From Microcoleus sp. (GTDB lineage Bacteria > Cyanobacteriota > Cyanobacteriia > Cyanobacteriales > Microcoleaceae): a DNA stretch of 64,000 nt. Position 1 is the first letter of the stretch. The number at the start of each line of letters is the position of its first letter. A program made the translations under genes and the position numbers. Of the stretch, positions 51,416-61,590 are shown piece after piece. The stretch is taken from the NCBI GenBank assembly GCA_052279835.1, contig CP181291.1, forward strand, positions 2,848,001 through 2,912,000, written 5' to 3'. Under the pieces are notes generated by a model. That model ran no database searches. It was not told the DNA's origin and was given only the letters and a program-made list of their open reading frames with translations.

Positions 51416-51494
51416 GAAATTAAGTGCGATCTGGTTAATGCTTTTCGATCGTATCTGAAATCCAAGTCTCTGAACTTGCAGGAATCGTGTCCCC

Positions 51495-51722
51495 CATCAC
51501 CATTGACGTCTGTGGTGACAAAAATTCAAGTTAGAAAGGATTTAGGAGAGAATTCTGTTAGAGATATACTGAAGGTTGCGAATCAACACTTACATACGGT
51601 GGGGCACACCGAAATTAACGCTTGGGGACAGAACTACCTCTATTCGTTGGTGGTGACATCAACGGGCAAGTTGACTGGTGGAACCAAGAATCAAGAGTGC
51701 GTTCACGCGCCCGGAGTGTCAA
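51495..51722 (+). mobile_element. Protein-free IS200/IS605-derived mini-element keeping a tnpB 3' end/omegaRNA scaffold
   Basis: ACGGTGGGGCACACCGAAATTAACGCTTGGGGACAG...CCAAGAATC...GGAGTGTCAA; upstream hairpin 51497-51518; TATACT 51565-51570. Confidence 0.7.
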
Positions 51723-51821
51723 CTATCTGGAAAGCTTAGGGCTTACCAGATTATGCTATACACAGTAGATCGAAGGTTAATCCTAGATTTACCGGGTTAA
51801 ATGTATCTGAAGGAGTCAGTC

Positions 51822-52373
51822 GTGGCTGGTCAAAAAATCTTAGTCATCGATGACAGTAAAGTCATCCGCGTCCGAGTCCGAGAAATGTTACCCCAAGGTA
51901 ACTTTGAAGTTCTAGAAGCCAAAGACGGAGAAGAGGGACTAAAGCTGATCCGTCAAGCCCGTCCCAATCTAATTATGTTAGATTTCCTGCTTCCCAAAGT
52001 CAGCGGTTGGGAAGTGTATCAAAAAGTTCAAGCCCATCCCGAACTTTCCAAGATCCCCTTGGTGATCATGTCGGGCCGGGAAGAAGAGGTGATGGAGAAA
52101 ATTCCTAAACCTTTTGAGAAGCATTTTTTTGCATTTATCGCCAAACCCTTTGAGAAGAAGCAACTCACTGAGGCGATTAAATCAGCGATGGTATTGGCTA
52201 AAAAGAAACCAGTACCAGAAGCCGCCGCCACCGCTGCTGCACCTACCTCTGGATCGGGCACCGCCGAACTTCAGGCGATGACTGAGAAAATGGCAAAAAT
52301 GCAGGCTGAAATTGACGCACTCAAGAAACAAATGACTCAGGTGATTACGATCATCAAGCAGAAGTTGAAGTAA
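51822..52373 (+). CDS. CheY-like response regulator with C-terminal coiled coil
   Basis: ILVIDDS, MLDFLLP, FIAKPF; AGGAG precedes GTG 51822 (ATG 51801 is the alternative). Confidence 0.88.
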   Translation: MAGQKILVIDDSKVIRVRVREMLPQGNFEVLEAKDGEEGLKLIRQARPNLIMLDFLLPKVSGWEVYQKVQAHPELSKIPLVIMSGREEEVMEKIPKPFEKHFFAFIAKPFEKKQLTEAIKSAMVLAKKKPVPEAAATAAAPTSGSGTAELQAMTEKMAKMQAEIDALKKQMTQVITIIKQKLK

Positions 52374-52640
52374 CGCTGCCTTCGGAAGGTTGCAGACAAC
52401 TTTCACACCTTGAAGGTTGCTCTGATTTCTAAAGGTGTTTCCTTCGATCCGCAATCTTGTGGTAAGTGGTTGAAGCGATCGCGATCGCTCTGCAATAGGT
52501 TTTCACCCTGGTGAGAACATGAATTAAAAGTTAAAAATCCACCTCGGTAGGCAAATATTATTAGTCTTTAGGGGCTGGTTTTTATTTGCCACTTGTCCCA
52601 CACCCAATTGTCAATTCCTCAGTCTCATTTTTTATTGTTC

Positions 52641-53732
52641 ATGACTAATGACTATTCCGATTTTTGGCTTCAACTGCGTGCCTCAACAGAGAAATTATTG
52701 CAAAGATTAGACTGCTTCGATCGAGCACAGGTATTGGCGATCGGAGATTTGACCTTGGACGAGTTTGTTACCGGACAAGTAGAGCGAATTTCCCGCGAAG
52801 CACCTGTGTTGATTTTGCGCTACGAAAATACTCGACAAGTACCGGGAGGAGGCGCAAATGCTGTCTATAATTTAGCGAAACTGGGAGGCAAAGTAAAAGT
52901 TGCTGGCTTGGTAGGAAAAGATGACCAAGGAAAGGCTTTGTGCGGTATTTTTGAGGCTGCGGGAATTGATACGACGGGGATTTTCATCGATGCGCAGCGT
53001 CCAACAGTGACTAAAACTCGTATTTCGGGACACGCGCGGCAGTCGGTGACTCAACAAATTGTCAGAGTCGATCGCAAATCGGATGAGTTGCCGGATTTGG
53101 ATTTGCAGTTACAATTAGCAGATTATATCCGGCAACAAATACCGACTGTAGATGCGGTGGTTTGTTCGGACTATGGTGATGGAGTTTTGACTAATTTGGC
53201 GATCGCATCAGCCGTAGTTCCTGATAAAACAATTGTCGATGCTCAAACAAATTTGCAGCGATATTCGGGAGCGATGTTGTTTACTCCCAACTTGCCAGAA
53301 GCCGAACAAGCTGTCGGATATAGTATTAATAATTATTCAAGCTTAATGCAAGCGGGACGGGATTTGTTGACTTTAACTAAAGCTCAAAAAATCCTGATTA
53401 CTCGTGGCGAAGAAGGGATGAGTTTGTTTGAAATAGTGAAGCAAGAAACTATCAAAAATTCACCGCCTCCAACATTTATTTGCCCACAAGGGGAGTTTGA
53501 TATTCAACGTTGGGATATTCCCCCGTTTAATAAGACGGATGTATTTGATGTCACAGGTGCTGGGGATACAGTCGTAGCGGCGATGACTTTAGCTTTGTGT
53601 GTCGGTGCGTCGGGTTGGGAAGCGGCGGTTTTGGGGAATTTGGCGGCTAGTATTGTGGTGCGCCAATTCGGTACGGCGACGACTACAACAGAGGAGATGA
53701 AACAAGCTTTGGAAGCCCTCGATTATGAGTAG
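52641..53732 (+). CDS. PfkB-family kinase, RfaE/HldE domain I (heptose-7-phosphate kinase-like)
   Basis: ERISREAPV, PGGGANA, SDYGDG, DVTGAGDTV. Confidence 0.88.
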   Translation: MTNDYSDFWLQLRASTEKLLQRLDCFDRAQVLAIGDLTLDEFVTGQVERISREAPVLILRYENTRQVPGGGANAVYNLAKLGGKVKVAGLVGKDDQGKALCGIFEAAGIDTTGIFIDAQRPTVTKTRISGHARQSVTQQIVRVDRKSDELPDLDLQLQLADYIRQQIPTVDAVVCSDYGDGVLTNLAIASAVVPDKTIVDAQTNLQRYSGAMLFTPNLPEAEQAVGYSINNYSSLMQAGRDLLTLTKAQKILITRGEEGMSLFEIVKQETIKNSPPPTFICPQGEFDIQRWDIPPFNKTDVFDVTGAGDTVVAAMTLALCVGASGWEAAVLGNLAASIVVRQFGTATTTTEEMKQALEALDYE

Positions 53733-53952
53733 TCTACCACACAATATTTTCTAAAAATTAGTGTTACAAATAAAAGTTATGGAAAAAAGCGAGTTAATGG
53801 TTTATTTTAAGAGTGTTAATCCTAGCAAAAATCTGCAAATTCAACCCTTAACACTCGCTGGGAAGCAGATTGAAGACTTAATTTAACCAGACGATCGCTG
53901 TTCACAAAAAATCCTTGAGGCAAGTATTTGTCAGCCACAAGAAGGAGACTGG

Positions 53953-56900
53953 ATGACCCATCATAACCAAAATCACTATCTGCCTTCAGGGGGTGGCTTA
54001 GCTGACAACCACCAAAAGGCAACAACCGAAGCAGATGTCGCCATCTCCTATGCACTGGCCGATCGCCTAGCCAGACAACCAGATTTCGCGGCCGAAAACC
54101 AAGCCCTTCATACTCTGGCTCAAAAACTGACCGATGACCCCCTCTCGATTCTGAAAACTGTGGTTGAGATGGCACTGGACTTAGGTCGAGCAGACACTGC
54201 TGGGGTCAGCTTGCTGGAGACTTTAGCTGATGGTACTTCTGTCTTTCGCTGGGTGGCGATCGCCGGTGCATTAAAATCTTGGGAACAAACCACAATCCCA
54301 GCCAAATTTAGTCCTTGTACTGCGACGATTCAGGGCGAAGGAGCGCAACTATATGCGCGTCCAGAACTCTATTTCACCTACCTACATCATCCACAGTTTC
54401 CGATCGCTGAAAGCTTGCTATTTCCGATTAGGGCGGGCGATCGAAAGTTAGGCACTATATGGCTGATTTCTCACAATCAGCAGCGTCAGTTCGATCGTGA
54501 AGACGAACGGTTAATCACCAGTCTGGCAAGCTTCAGCGCCGCTGCTTTGCAAAATATTCATCTGCGTCAGATGGCTGAATTGGCCTTGCAGCAAGAGCAA
54601 ATGGCGCGGCGAGAAACAGAAGCCATCCGTGAAGCTTTCGCCGAAGCCCTTCCAGGGAATCTCCATCTGCTTGAAAATATTAGCGATCGCCAGCAAGCAG
54701 AACTGCTGCTGGTAGAGGAGAAAAGACTGCTGGAACTAACTGCTACCGGGAAACCCCTGGAGGAATGTTTATCGGCTTTGTGTACCTCCGTGTCGAAGTT
54801 GAATCCCCAAGTCCGCGCCTGCATCCTACTGGCGGATGCGACGCGACAAACGTTTCACAACTCGATCGCCCCAGATTTTCCGACGGACTTTGGTCTAAGA
54901 CTCAAAGATGCGCCCATTAATGAACTGGCGATCGGGACCTGTGGAGAGGCGGTATATCGCGTTCGGCCTATCAACTGTGCCGATATCGCCAAGGACGATA
55001 GTTGGTCCCAGCAATGGCGAGACTTATGTGTGGCTCACGGTGTGCTGGCTTGTCACTCCTGGCCTATTGTGGGCTTAGATCATCTGCCACTGGGGTCTTT
55101 AATGCTTTGCTTTGGTGAGCCGCGGATGCCGACGGATTGGGAATACCGACTCGCTAACTTTGGGACTCAAATCGCTAGTATTGTCCTGGAGCGCGATCGA
55201 GCTAGCGACAGTCTGCGCGAATCTGAAGCAAAATACCGCACGCTGACGGAACTCTCCACCCATCATGTCTGGATGTTGGATGCGACGGGAGAAACTGGTG
55301 TTCCTGAATCAAACCTTTGTGGATTATTTCGGCAAGTCGCTGAATGAGTTGAAGCGGGAAAACTGGGCGGAAAATGTGCATCACCCTGACGATCATCCTC
55401 GCGTCATTCAAGAAATTGCTCGCGCCATGGCCTGTGGCATCAACATCCGTTCCGAACATCGGCTGCGGCGATATGACAATCAGTTTCGCTGGTTTTTGAA
55501 TGAAGCTACTCCGTGGCGCGATGCCCATGGCAAAATCACACATTGGGTTGGTGCTTCGGTGGATATTCACGACAGCAAAGAAGCAGCAGCAGCTTTCCGA
55601 CAAATGTCCGGCGAACTGGAACGAGAATTGCGCAAATTCGATGCGATCGCATCTTCAGTCCCAGATTTTATTTACACCTTTGATTTGTCGGGAAGATTCA
55701 CCTATGTCAATCCGCCACTGCTGCATCTGTGGCAAAAAACAGCCGCGGAAGCTATAGGGAAAAACTTTTTTGAACTGGATTACCCAACCGACTTAGCAAC
55801 CAAGCTGCAAAATCAAATTCAGCAAGTCATCGAGACCGGCAAACAGCTCAAGGATGAGACTCCCTACACGAGCGGATTTGGGACGCGGGCCTATGAGTAC
55901 ATTTTCGTGCCACTCTTCGACGAAAACGGCGCGGTAGAAGCGGTGGCAGGGGTGACGCGAGACATCACCGATCGCAAACAGGCAGAAGCGGCACTGCGAG
56001 TCAGTGAAGAGAAATTTCGCAACATGGCAGACAATGCTCCCTGTATGATCTGGGTAACAGACGAAACGGGCTACTGCACCTATTTGAGCCAAAGTTGGTA
56101 TGAATTTACAGGACAGACTGAAGCAACGGGTTTGGGATTTGGCTGGTTAAACGCGACACATCCAGAGGACCGTCAGTTTACTCAACAGGTGTTCCTGGCT
56201 GCCAATGAGCGTCATGATGTGTTCCGAATCGAGTATCGCTTGCGTGGCTCTGACGATCGCTATATTTGGGCGATCGATGCGGCTAGTCCCTGGTTTGGAC
56301 CTGAAGGTGAATTTAAAGGTTACATTGGCTCGGTGATTGATATTGACGATCGCAAACAATCCGAGTCTGCCTTACGCCAATCGGAGGAACGCTATCGAAC
56401 CCTGTTTGAATCGATTGATGAAGGCTTTTGTGTGATTGAAGTGCTATTTGACCAGAACAATCAGCCGATCGATTACCGCTTTTTGGAAATCAATCCAGCA
56501 TTCGAGAACCAAACGGGACTGCAACAGGCGACTGGTAAAACTGCACGTCAGCTCGTTCCCAATCTAGAAGATCATTGGGTGGAAACCTATGGCAAAATTG
56601 CGCTCACAGGCGAATCCATGCGCTTTGAAAATGGCTCTGAAGCCATGAATCGTTGGTTCGATGTTTATGCCTTCCCCATCGGCCAGCCCCAGGAGCGAAA
56701 AGTCGCGATTCTGTTCACCGATATTAGCGATCGCAAGCAAGTTGAAGAAGAACTACGGCAAAAAAATGCGATTTTAGAAGTGATTAATGAGTCAGCGCCC
56801 ACCCCCATCTTCGTGAAAGACCGGGAAGGACAGATTATTTATGCTAATCCCGCTACCCTGGAGGTGCTCGGTAAATCTGCTTCGGAGGTGGTTGGCTATC

Positions 56901-58300
56901 GCGATCGCGATTTCTATCCCTCATCTGATCTGGGGGAAAGGGTTATGGAAAACGATCGACGCATTATGGCATCTGGAAAGACAGAAGTGGTTGAAGAGTC
57001 TCCTGATGGGATTCGGACTTTTCTGGGCATGAAAGCGCCTTACCGGAATGAGGCTGGAGTTGTGATTGGGTTAATTGGCATCTCCTATGACATTAGCGAA
57101 CGCAAGCGCATTGAATCTGAACGGGAACAAGTTCTGCAACGGGAACAGAGTGCACGGGAAGCCGCCGAAAATGCTAACCGAATTAAAGATGAGTTTTTGG
57201 CTGTGTTGTCTCATGAGTTGCGATCGCCTCTCAACCCGATCCTTGGCTGGGCCAGACTTTTACGCCGTGGTAAGTTGGATGGAGCCAAAAGGGCACAAGC
57301 ACTAGAGACGATCGAACGCAATGCCCAACTTCAATCCCAGTTAATTGAAGATTTGCTGGATATTTCTCGTATTATGCGTGGCAAATTGACCATGGTGCCG
57401 ATGCCAGTGAATTTGTCTTTTGTGGTTTCGGCGGCGATCGAAACGGTACGACTAGCAGCAGAAGCTAAGTCGATTCACATTGAAGTCAATGTGGAACCTA
57501 ACATTAAAAAAGTTTATGGAGATGGGGGGCGATTGCAGCAGGTGGTGTGGAATCTGTTGTCAAATGCGGTTAAATTTACCCCAACAGGAGGAGTGGTGAG
57601 AGTCGATCTCACTGAGACTAAGGGCTATGCCCAACTGCAAGTGAGAGATACGGGCAAGGGTATCAACTCGGAGTTTCTCCCCTATGTGTTTGAGCATTTC
57701 CGCCAGGAAGATGGAGCTACTACGCGCCAGTTTGGTGGTTTGGGATTGGGATTGGCAATTGCGCGTCAAATTGCGGAACTTCACGGTGGCAGAATTTGGG
57801 TGGAGAGTAGGGGGGAGAATCAGGGAGCAACGTTCACTCTGGAATTGCCCATCTTGGACACTGTAAATTTGGCTGAGGAAGTTGCTGACACCACTTTGGC
57901 TCCCTCTAAGGATCTTCTCCTGGAAAATCTGGATGTGTTGGTGGTGGAGGATAACCCGGATTCCCGCGATTTTTTGGCTTTTGTGTTGAAGCAAGCGGGA
58001 GCAGAAGTGACTGCTGTTGGCTCAGCTATCCAGGCTTTGCAACTGCTTTCTACGGTGTCTTTTGATATTCTGTTGAGTGACATTGGAATGCCAGAGATGG
58101 ACGGCTACGCGCTGATTGCTGAAGTTCGCCAATCCCTGGGCGATCGAGTTCGGCAGATTCCGGCAATCGCTCTGACTGCTTACGCGGGAGAGCAAGACCA
58201 ACAAAAAGCGATCGCTTCTGGGTTTCAAAATCACATGGCTAAGCCGATCGATCCCCAAGAAATTGTGGCAGTGGTTGCTCGTATGTGCCGGCGAAATTGA
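53953..58300 (+). pseudogene. Hybrid histidine kinase GAF-GAF-multi-PAS-HisKA-HATPase-REC split by a +1 frameshift (or an assembly error)
   Basis: ORFs 53953-55347 and 55265-58300 join inside a PAS domain (WMLDATG-ELVFLNQ) if one base is removed at ~55292; SHELRSPLN, GGLGLGLAI. Confidence 0.85.
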
Positions 58301-58406
58301 ACAAGGTTGTAGGGGTATTCAGAAATTTAGTTGGCTTCTGAATACTCTCCAAGTTTGAATTTGAATTTTAAGTTTAAACTGTGCTTAATTCCTATTAGCC
58401 ATATTT

Positions 58407-59093
58407 TTAACTTCCTTCCCCAAACCGATAACCTCTGCCATAGACTGTGTGAATCAGCACTGATTCGCGAGGGGCTTCTATTTTGCGACGTAGCAGGCGA
58501 ATTTGAGCAGCTAATACATTGCTGCTGGGTTTTTCTGCTTCATGCCACAAATATTGGTGGATTTGTTCATGGGTCAGCAATTGACCGGGATGGCGCATTA
58601 AATATTCTAACAACTGACATTCTTTTTCAGATAAGTCAATGGTGCGATCGCCCCGATAAGCTAATTGATTGTCGTAGTCTAGTTGCAAATCACCAACTTG
58701 TAGCCTTCCCACACCCACATCAGCATCAAAAGTCGGAGGTCGCCGCAATAAAGCCCGGACCCTGGCGAGGAGTTCTCGCAATTCAAAAGGTTTTACGAGA
58801 TAGTCGTCTGCACCGGCATCCAATCCTTGTACGCGGTCATCTAGGGTATCTTTGGCGGTGAGAAATAGGACTGGTGTATTCCGTCCTTGCGATCGCAATT
58901 GTTGACAAATTGCCAATCCTGTTTTCTGAGGCAACATCCAATCCAAAATTAGCAAATCATAATTGCCCTGAATTGCTAAATTGTTGCCCGTTGCGCCATC
59001 AAAAGCCACATCAACCCTGTAACCCTCACGGGTTAAAACTCGACTCAAGGGGTCAGTTAACTCAACTTCATCATCAACTAAAAGAATCCGCAT
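58407..59093 (-). CDS. OmpR-family response regulator (RppA-like)
   Basis: MRILLVDDE, LDWMLP, GADDYLVKPF, IHTVYGRGY; ATG 59093 preferred. Confidence 0.92.
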   Translation of the reverse strand: MRILLVDDEVELTDPLSRVLTREGYRVDVAFDGATGNNLAIQGNYDLLILDWMLPQKTGLAICQQLRSQGRNTPVLFLTAKDTLDDRVQGLDAGADDYLVKPFELRELLARVRALLRRPPTFDADVGVGRLQVGDLQLDYDNQLAYRGDRTIDLSEKECQLLEYLMRHPGQLLTHEQIHQYLWHEAEKPSSNVLAAQIRLLRRKIEAPRESVLIHTVYGRGYRFGEGS

Positions 59094-59203
59094 TCTGATT
59101 TTAGATTTTAGATTGGAACAATTTGTGCTATTGTAGTCTAGGAAAAAGTCCTTTCCCTCTCTAGGCTCAAGCCGCACTTGTTTCCCACTTACCGAGTATT
59201 TTT

Positions 59204-59848
59204 ATGATTACCGTAGCACTTCCCAAAGGTGGACTGTTAGCAGATAGCATTCGACTGTTTAAAGCTGTTGGATTAGACTTCAGTGCTTTTTTGGATTCAT
59301 CTAACCGCCAGCTTCAAATTTATGACCCTACTGGAACTGCAAAAGCTTTGCTAGTCCGAACCCATGATGTGCCGGTTTATGTGGAATATGGTCAAGCGGA
59401 TTTGGGGATTTCCGGCTATGATGTTTTGCGGGAAAAACAGCCAAAAGTTGCCAGCTTAATTGATTTAAAATTTGGTGAATGTCGGCTATCTGTCGCCGTG
59501 AAAAAATCTAGTTCTTACCGCAGAAGTGTGGATTTGCCTCCTCATGGTAGAGTTGCTTCTAAATTCGTAAACTGTGCTAGGGAATATTTTCATAATTTGA
59601 ATTTGCCTGTGGAAATTGTGCCGCTTTACGGTTCTGTGGAATTGGGACCGATTACGGGAATGTCGGAGGCAATTGTGGATTTGGTGGCGACGGGCAAAAC
59701 TTTACAGGAAAATGGTTTGGTTGAGATTGATGTTTTGTTTCACAGTACGGCTTATTTAATTGGTCATCCTTTGAGTTACCGTTTGAATTCCGGTGGTGTG
59801 AATGAGGTGATTGGCAAAATGAGAGAGCAAGTTTTGGCTGCGGTTTGA
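59204..59848 (+). CDS. hisG: ATP phosphoribosyltransferase, short form
   Basis: [30 protein letters not shown]. Confidence 0.97.
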   Translation: MITVALPKGGLLADSIRLFKAVGLDFSAFLDSSNRQLQIYDPTGTAKALLVRTHDVPVYVEYGQADLGISGYDVLREKQPKVASLIDLKFGECRLSVAVKKSSSYRRSVDLPPHGRVASKFVNCAREYFHNLNLPVEIVPLYGSVELGPITGMSEAIVDLVATGKTLQENGLVEIDVLFHSTAYLIGHPLSYRLNSGGVNEVIGKMREQVLAAV

Positions 59849-59950
59849 TTTAGCCGAAGGCGGAAGGCAGAAGGGCGGCGCTTTGCTGGCCCAACTGACT
59901 CAACCAGAATGTAACGGGTAAAAAATAGCAGTTGTAGAACTTCTATTTTT

Positions 59951-61414
59951 TTAAGAATTAAGGTTTTGAGATGCTGGCAATAAACCCAGTTTTTGTTGAC
60001 ATCTTTCTATGTAAAGATTCACCACTGTATCCACAGGGTTTTGGGCTGCTAGTTGCTGGAAATATCCCAAGGCGGCGACATATTTTCCCGATTGCCACCC
60101 TTGAATTCCTTTGTTAAATAGTGCCTGGGTAAGCTGTTTTGCCTCACAGTCAGGACTGGAAGAACTCCAAACTTCATAGATTTCAATAGCTTGCTGTTTT
60201 CCCCGTGGCGTTACTCTATCTATCCAGCGATAGTAATAATTTTTACTGGGCAACTGGCTGTCCATGACTGTTGTCTGAGAACTAGCAAGAATGCTCTCCT
60301 GAGCTTTTCCTTCCAATTCGCACTTTAATAGAATATGTTCCTGGGAATCTGAGTGAGAATTGATGGTGTTGACAAATTCTCTGGCATGGAGGAGGGCTGT
60401 TTCGCTAACAATAATTTTGCAGCCGTATATTTTAGTAAAGTTTTCTAACCGAGAAGCTGTATTAACAACATCGCCAATTACGGTAGAATCCATGCGGCGA
60501 TCGGACCCTAAAGTGCCAATCATGCCTATACCTGTATGAATTCCTGTACCGATATTGACTGGAGATGATAAATTGTATTTGTGGCGATCGGCATTAAATT
60601 CTTGCAAACTTTTTTGGATGGCTACGGAGGCCTCGATCGCATCTCTAGCGTGAGAATTTTGCCGATCGAAAACTGCCATAATTGCATCGCCTAGGTATTT
60701 GTCAATAAAACCTCCGTGGGAACTAATGCAATCACTCATTTTAGTAAATAAAGCATTCAGCCATTCAAAAGTTTCGCGTGCTTCTTGAGATTCGGCGATC
60801 GCCGTAAAGCCGCGAATGTCGCAAAATAAAATTGTCAACTCTTCTTCTGTGACATTGCCTAACTGAATTGATTCTACTCCTTGAGGGGCAATTCGTTCGA
60901 GCAACTGCTCCGGTACAAATAGGTGAAATTTTTCGGAAAGATACTCGTTAGCCTCCCAAGCAGCGGCGATTTGGCGTTTGCTTTGCTCTTTTACCTGCTG
61001 GTTGAATTCCGTTGAGACAACTTGCGATCGCATTTGGCTCAACTGCAAAACACTCTCAACCTTGGCCAACAACAAGCGACTGTTAAAAGGTTTGGTTAAA
61101 TAATCATCTGCCATCATTTCTAGCCCTTTGATCCTAGAGGTATCGTCATCAAGGGCTGTTAAAAAAATTATTGGTACTGTTTGCAAAGTCGGATCTTTCC
61201 GCAGGCGATCGCACACATCAAAGCCGTTGAGTTCCGGCATCATAATATCCAGTAATATCAAGTCTGGTGGATGGACTTTGGCCAGGGAAAGTGCTTCGTT
61301 GCCAGATACTGCGGAAAAAGTAGTGTATCCTTTCAAGTGCAACAATTCTTCGAGTAAAATCAGATTAGCTGGCTCATCATCAACCAACAGAATATAGGGC
61401 GACTTATTTGACAT
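59951..61414 (-). CDS. REC + class III adenylate cyclase
   Basis: LFCDIRGFT, DKYLGDAIMA, TVIGDVVNTASRLE (K/T specificity residues point to ATP); start 61414 or 61450. Confidence 0.9.
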   Translation of the reverse strand: MSNKSPYILLVDDEPANLILLEELLHLKGYTTFSAVSGNEALSLAKVHPPDLILLDIMMPELNGFDVCDRLRKDPTLQTVPIIFLTALDDDTSRIKGLEMMADDYLTKPFNSRLLLAKVESVLQLSQMRSQVVSTEFNQQVKEQSKRQIAAAWEANEYLSEKFHLFVPEQLLERIAPQGVESIQLGNVTEEELTILFCDIRGFTAIAESQEARETFEWLNALFTKMSDCISSHGGFIDKYLGDAIMAVFDRQNSHARDAIEASVAIQKSLQEFNADRHKYNLSSPVNIGTGIHTGIGMIGTLGSDRRMDSTVIGDVVNTASRLENFTKIYGCKIIVSETALLHAREFVNTINSHSDSQEHILLKCELEGKAQESILASSQTTVMDSQLPSKNYYYRWIDRVTPRGKQQAIEIYEVWSSSSPDCEAKQLTQALFNKGIQGWQSGKYVAALGYFQQLAAQNPVDTVVNLYIERCQQKLGLLPASQNLNS

Positions 61415-61590
61415 TGAATATGATTGGTAGAGTGTGTCACCGATCGGCAAGACTGATGCCCCTGAAATCTATAAAAATAGCTGAGCTAGTTTCCCTAGCA
61501 TTCAACTTGAACGTCCATCAGGACTTAGGCAATTGTCAATATTTCTCTACTATTGAGTCTAGCCTTTCCCGTAATAAATTGTAATATTTT

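Noticed and set aside
51395..51739. 114-aa ORF as a real gene
   Set aside because: Overlaps the lipA start and is explained by the tnpB-tail remnant
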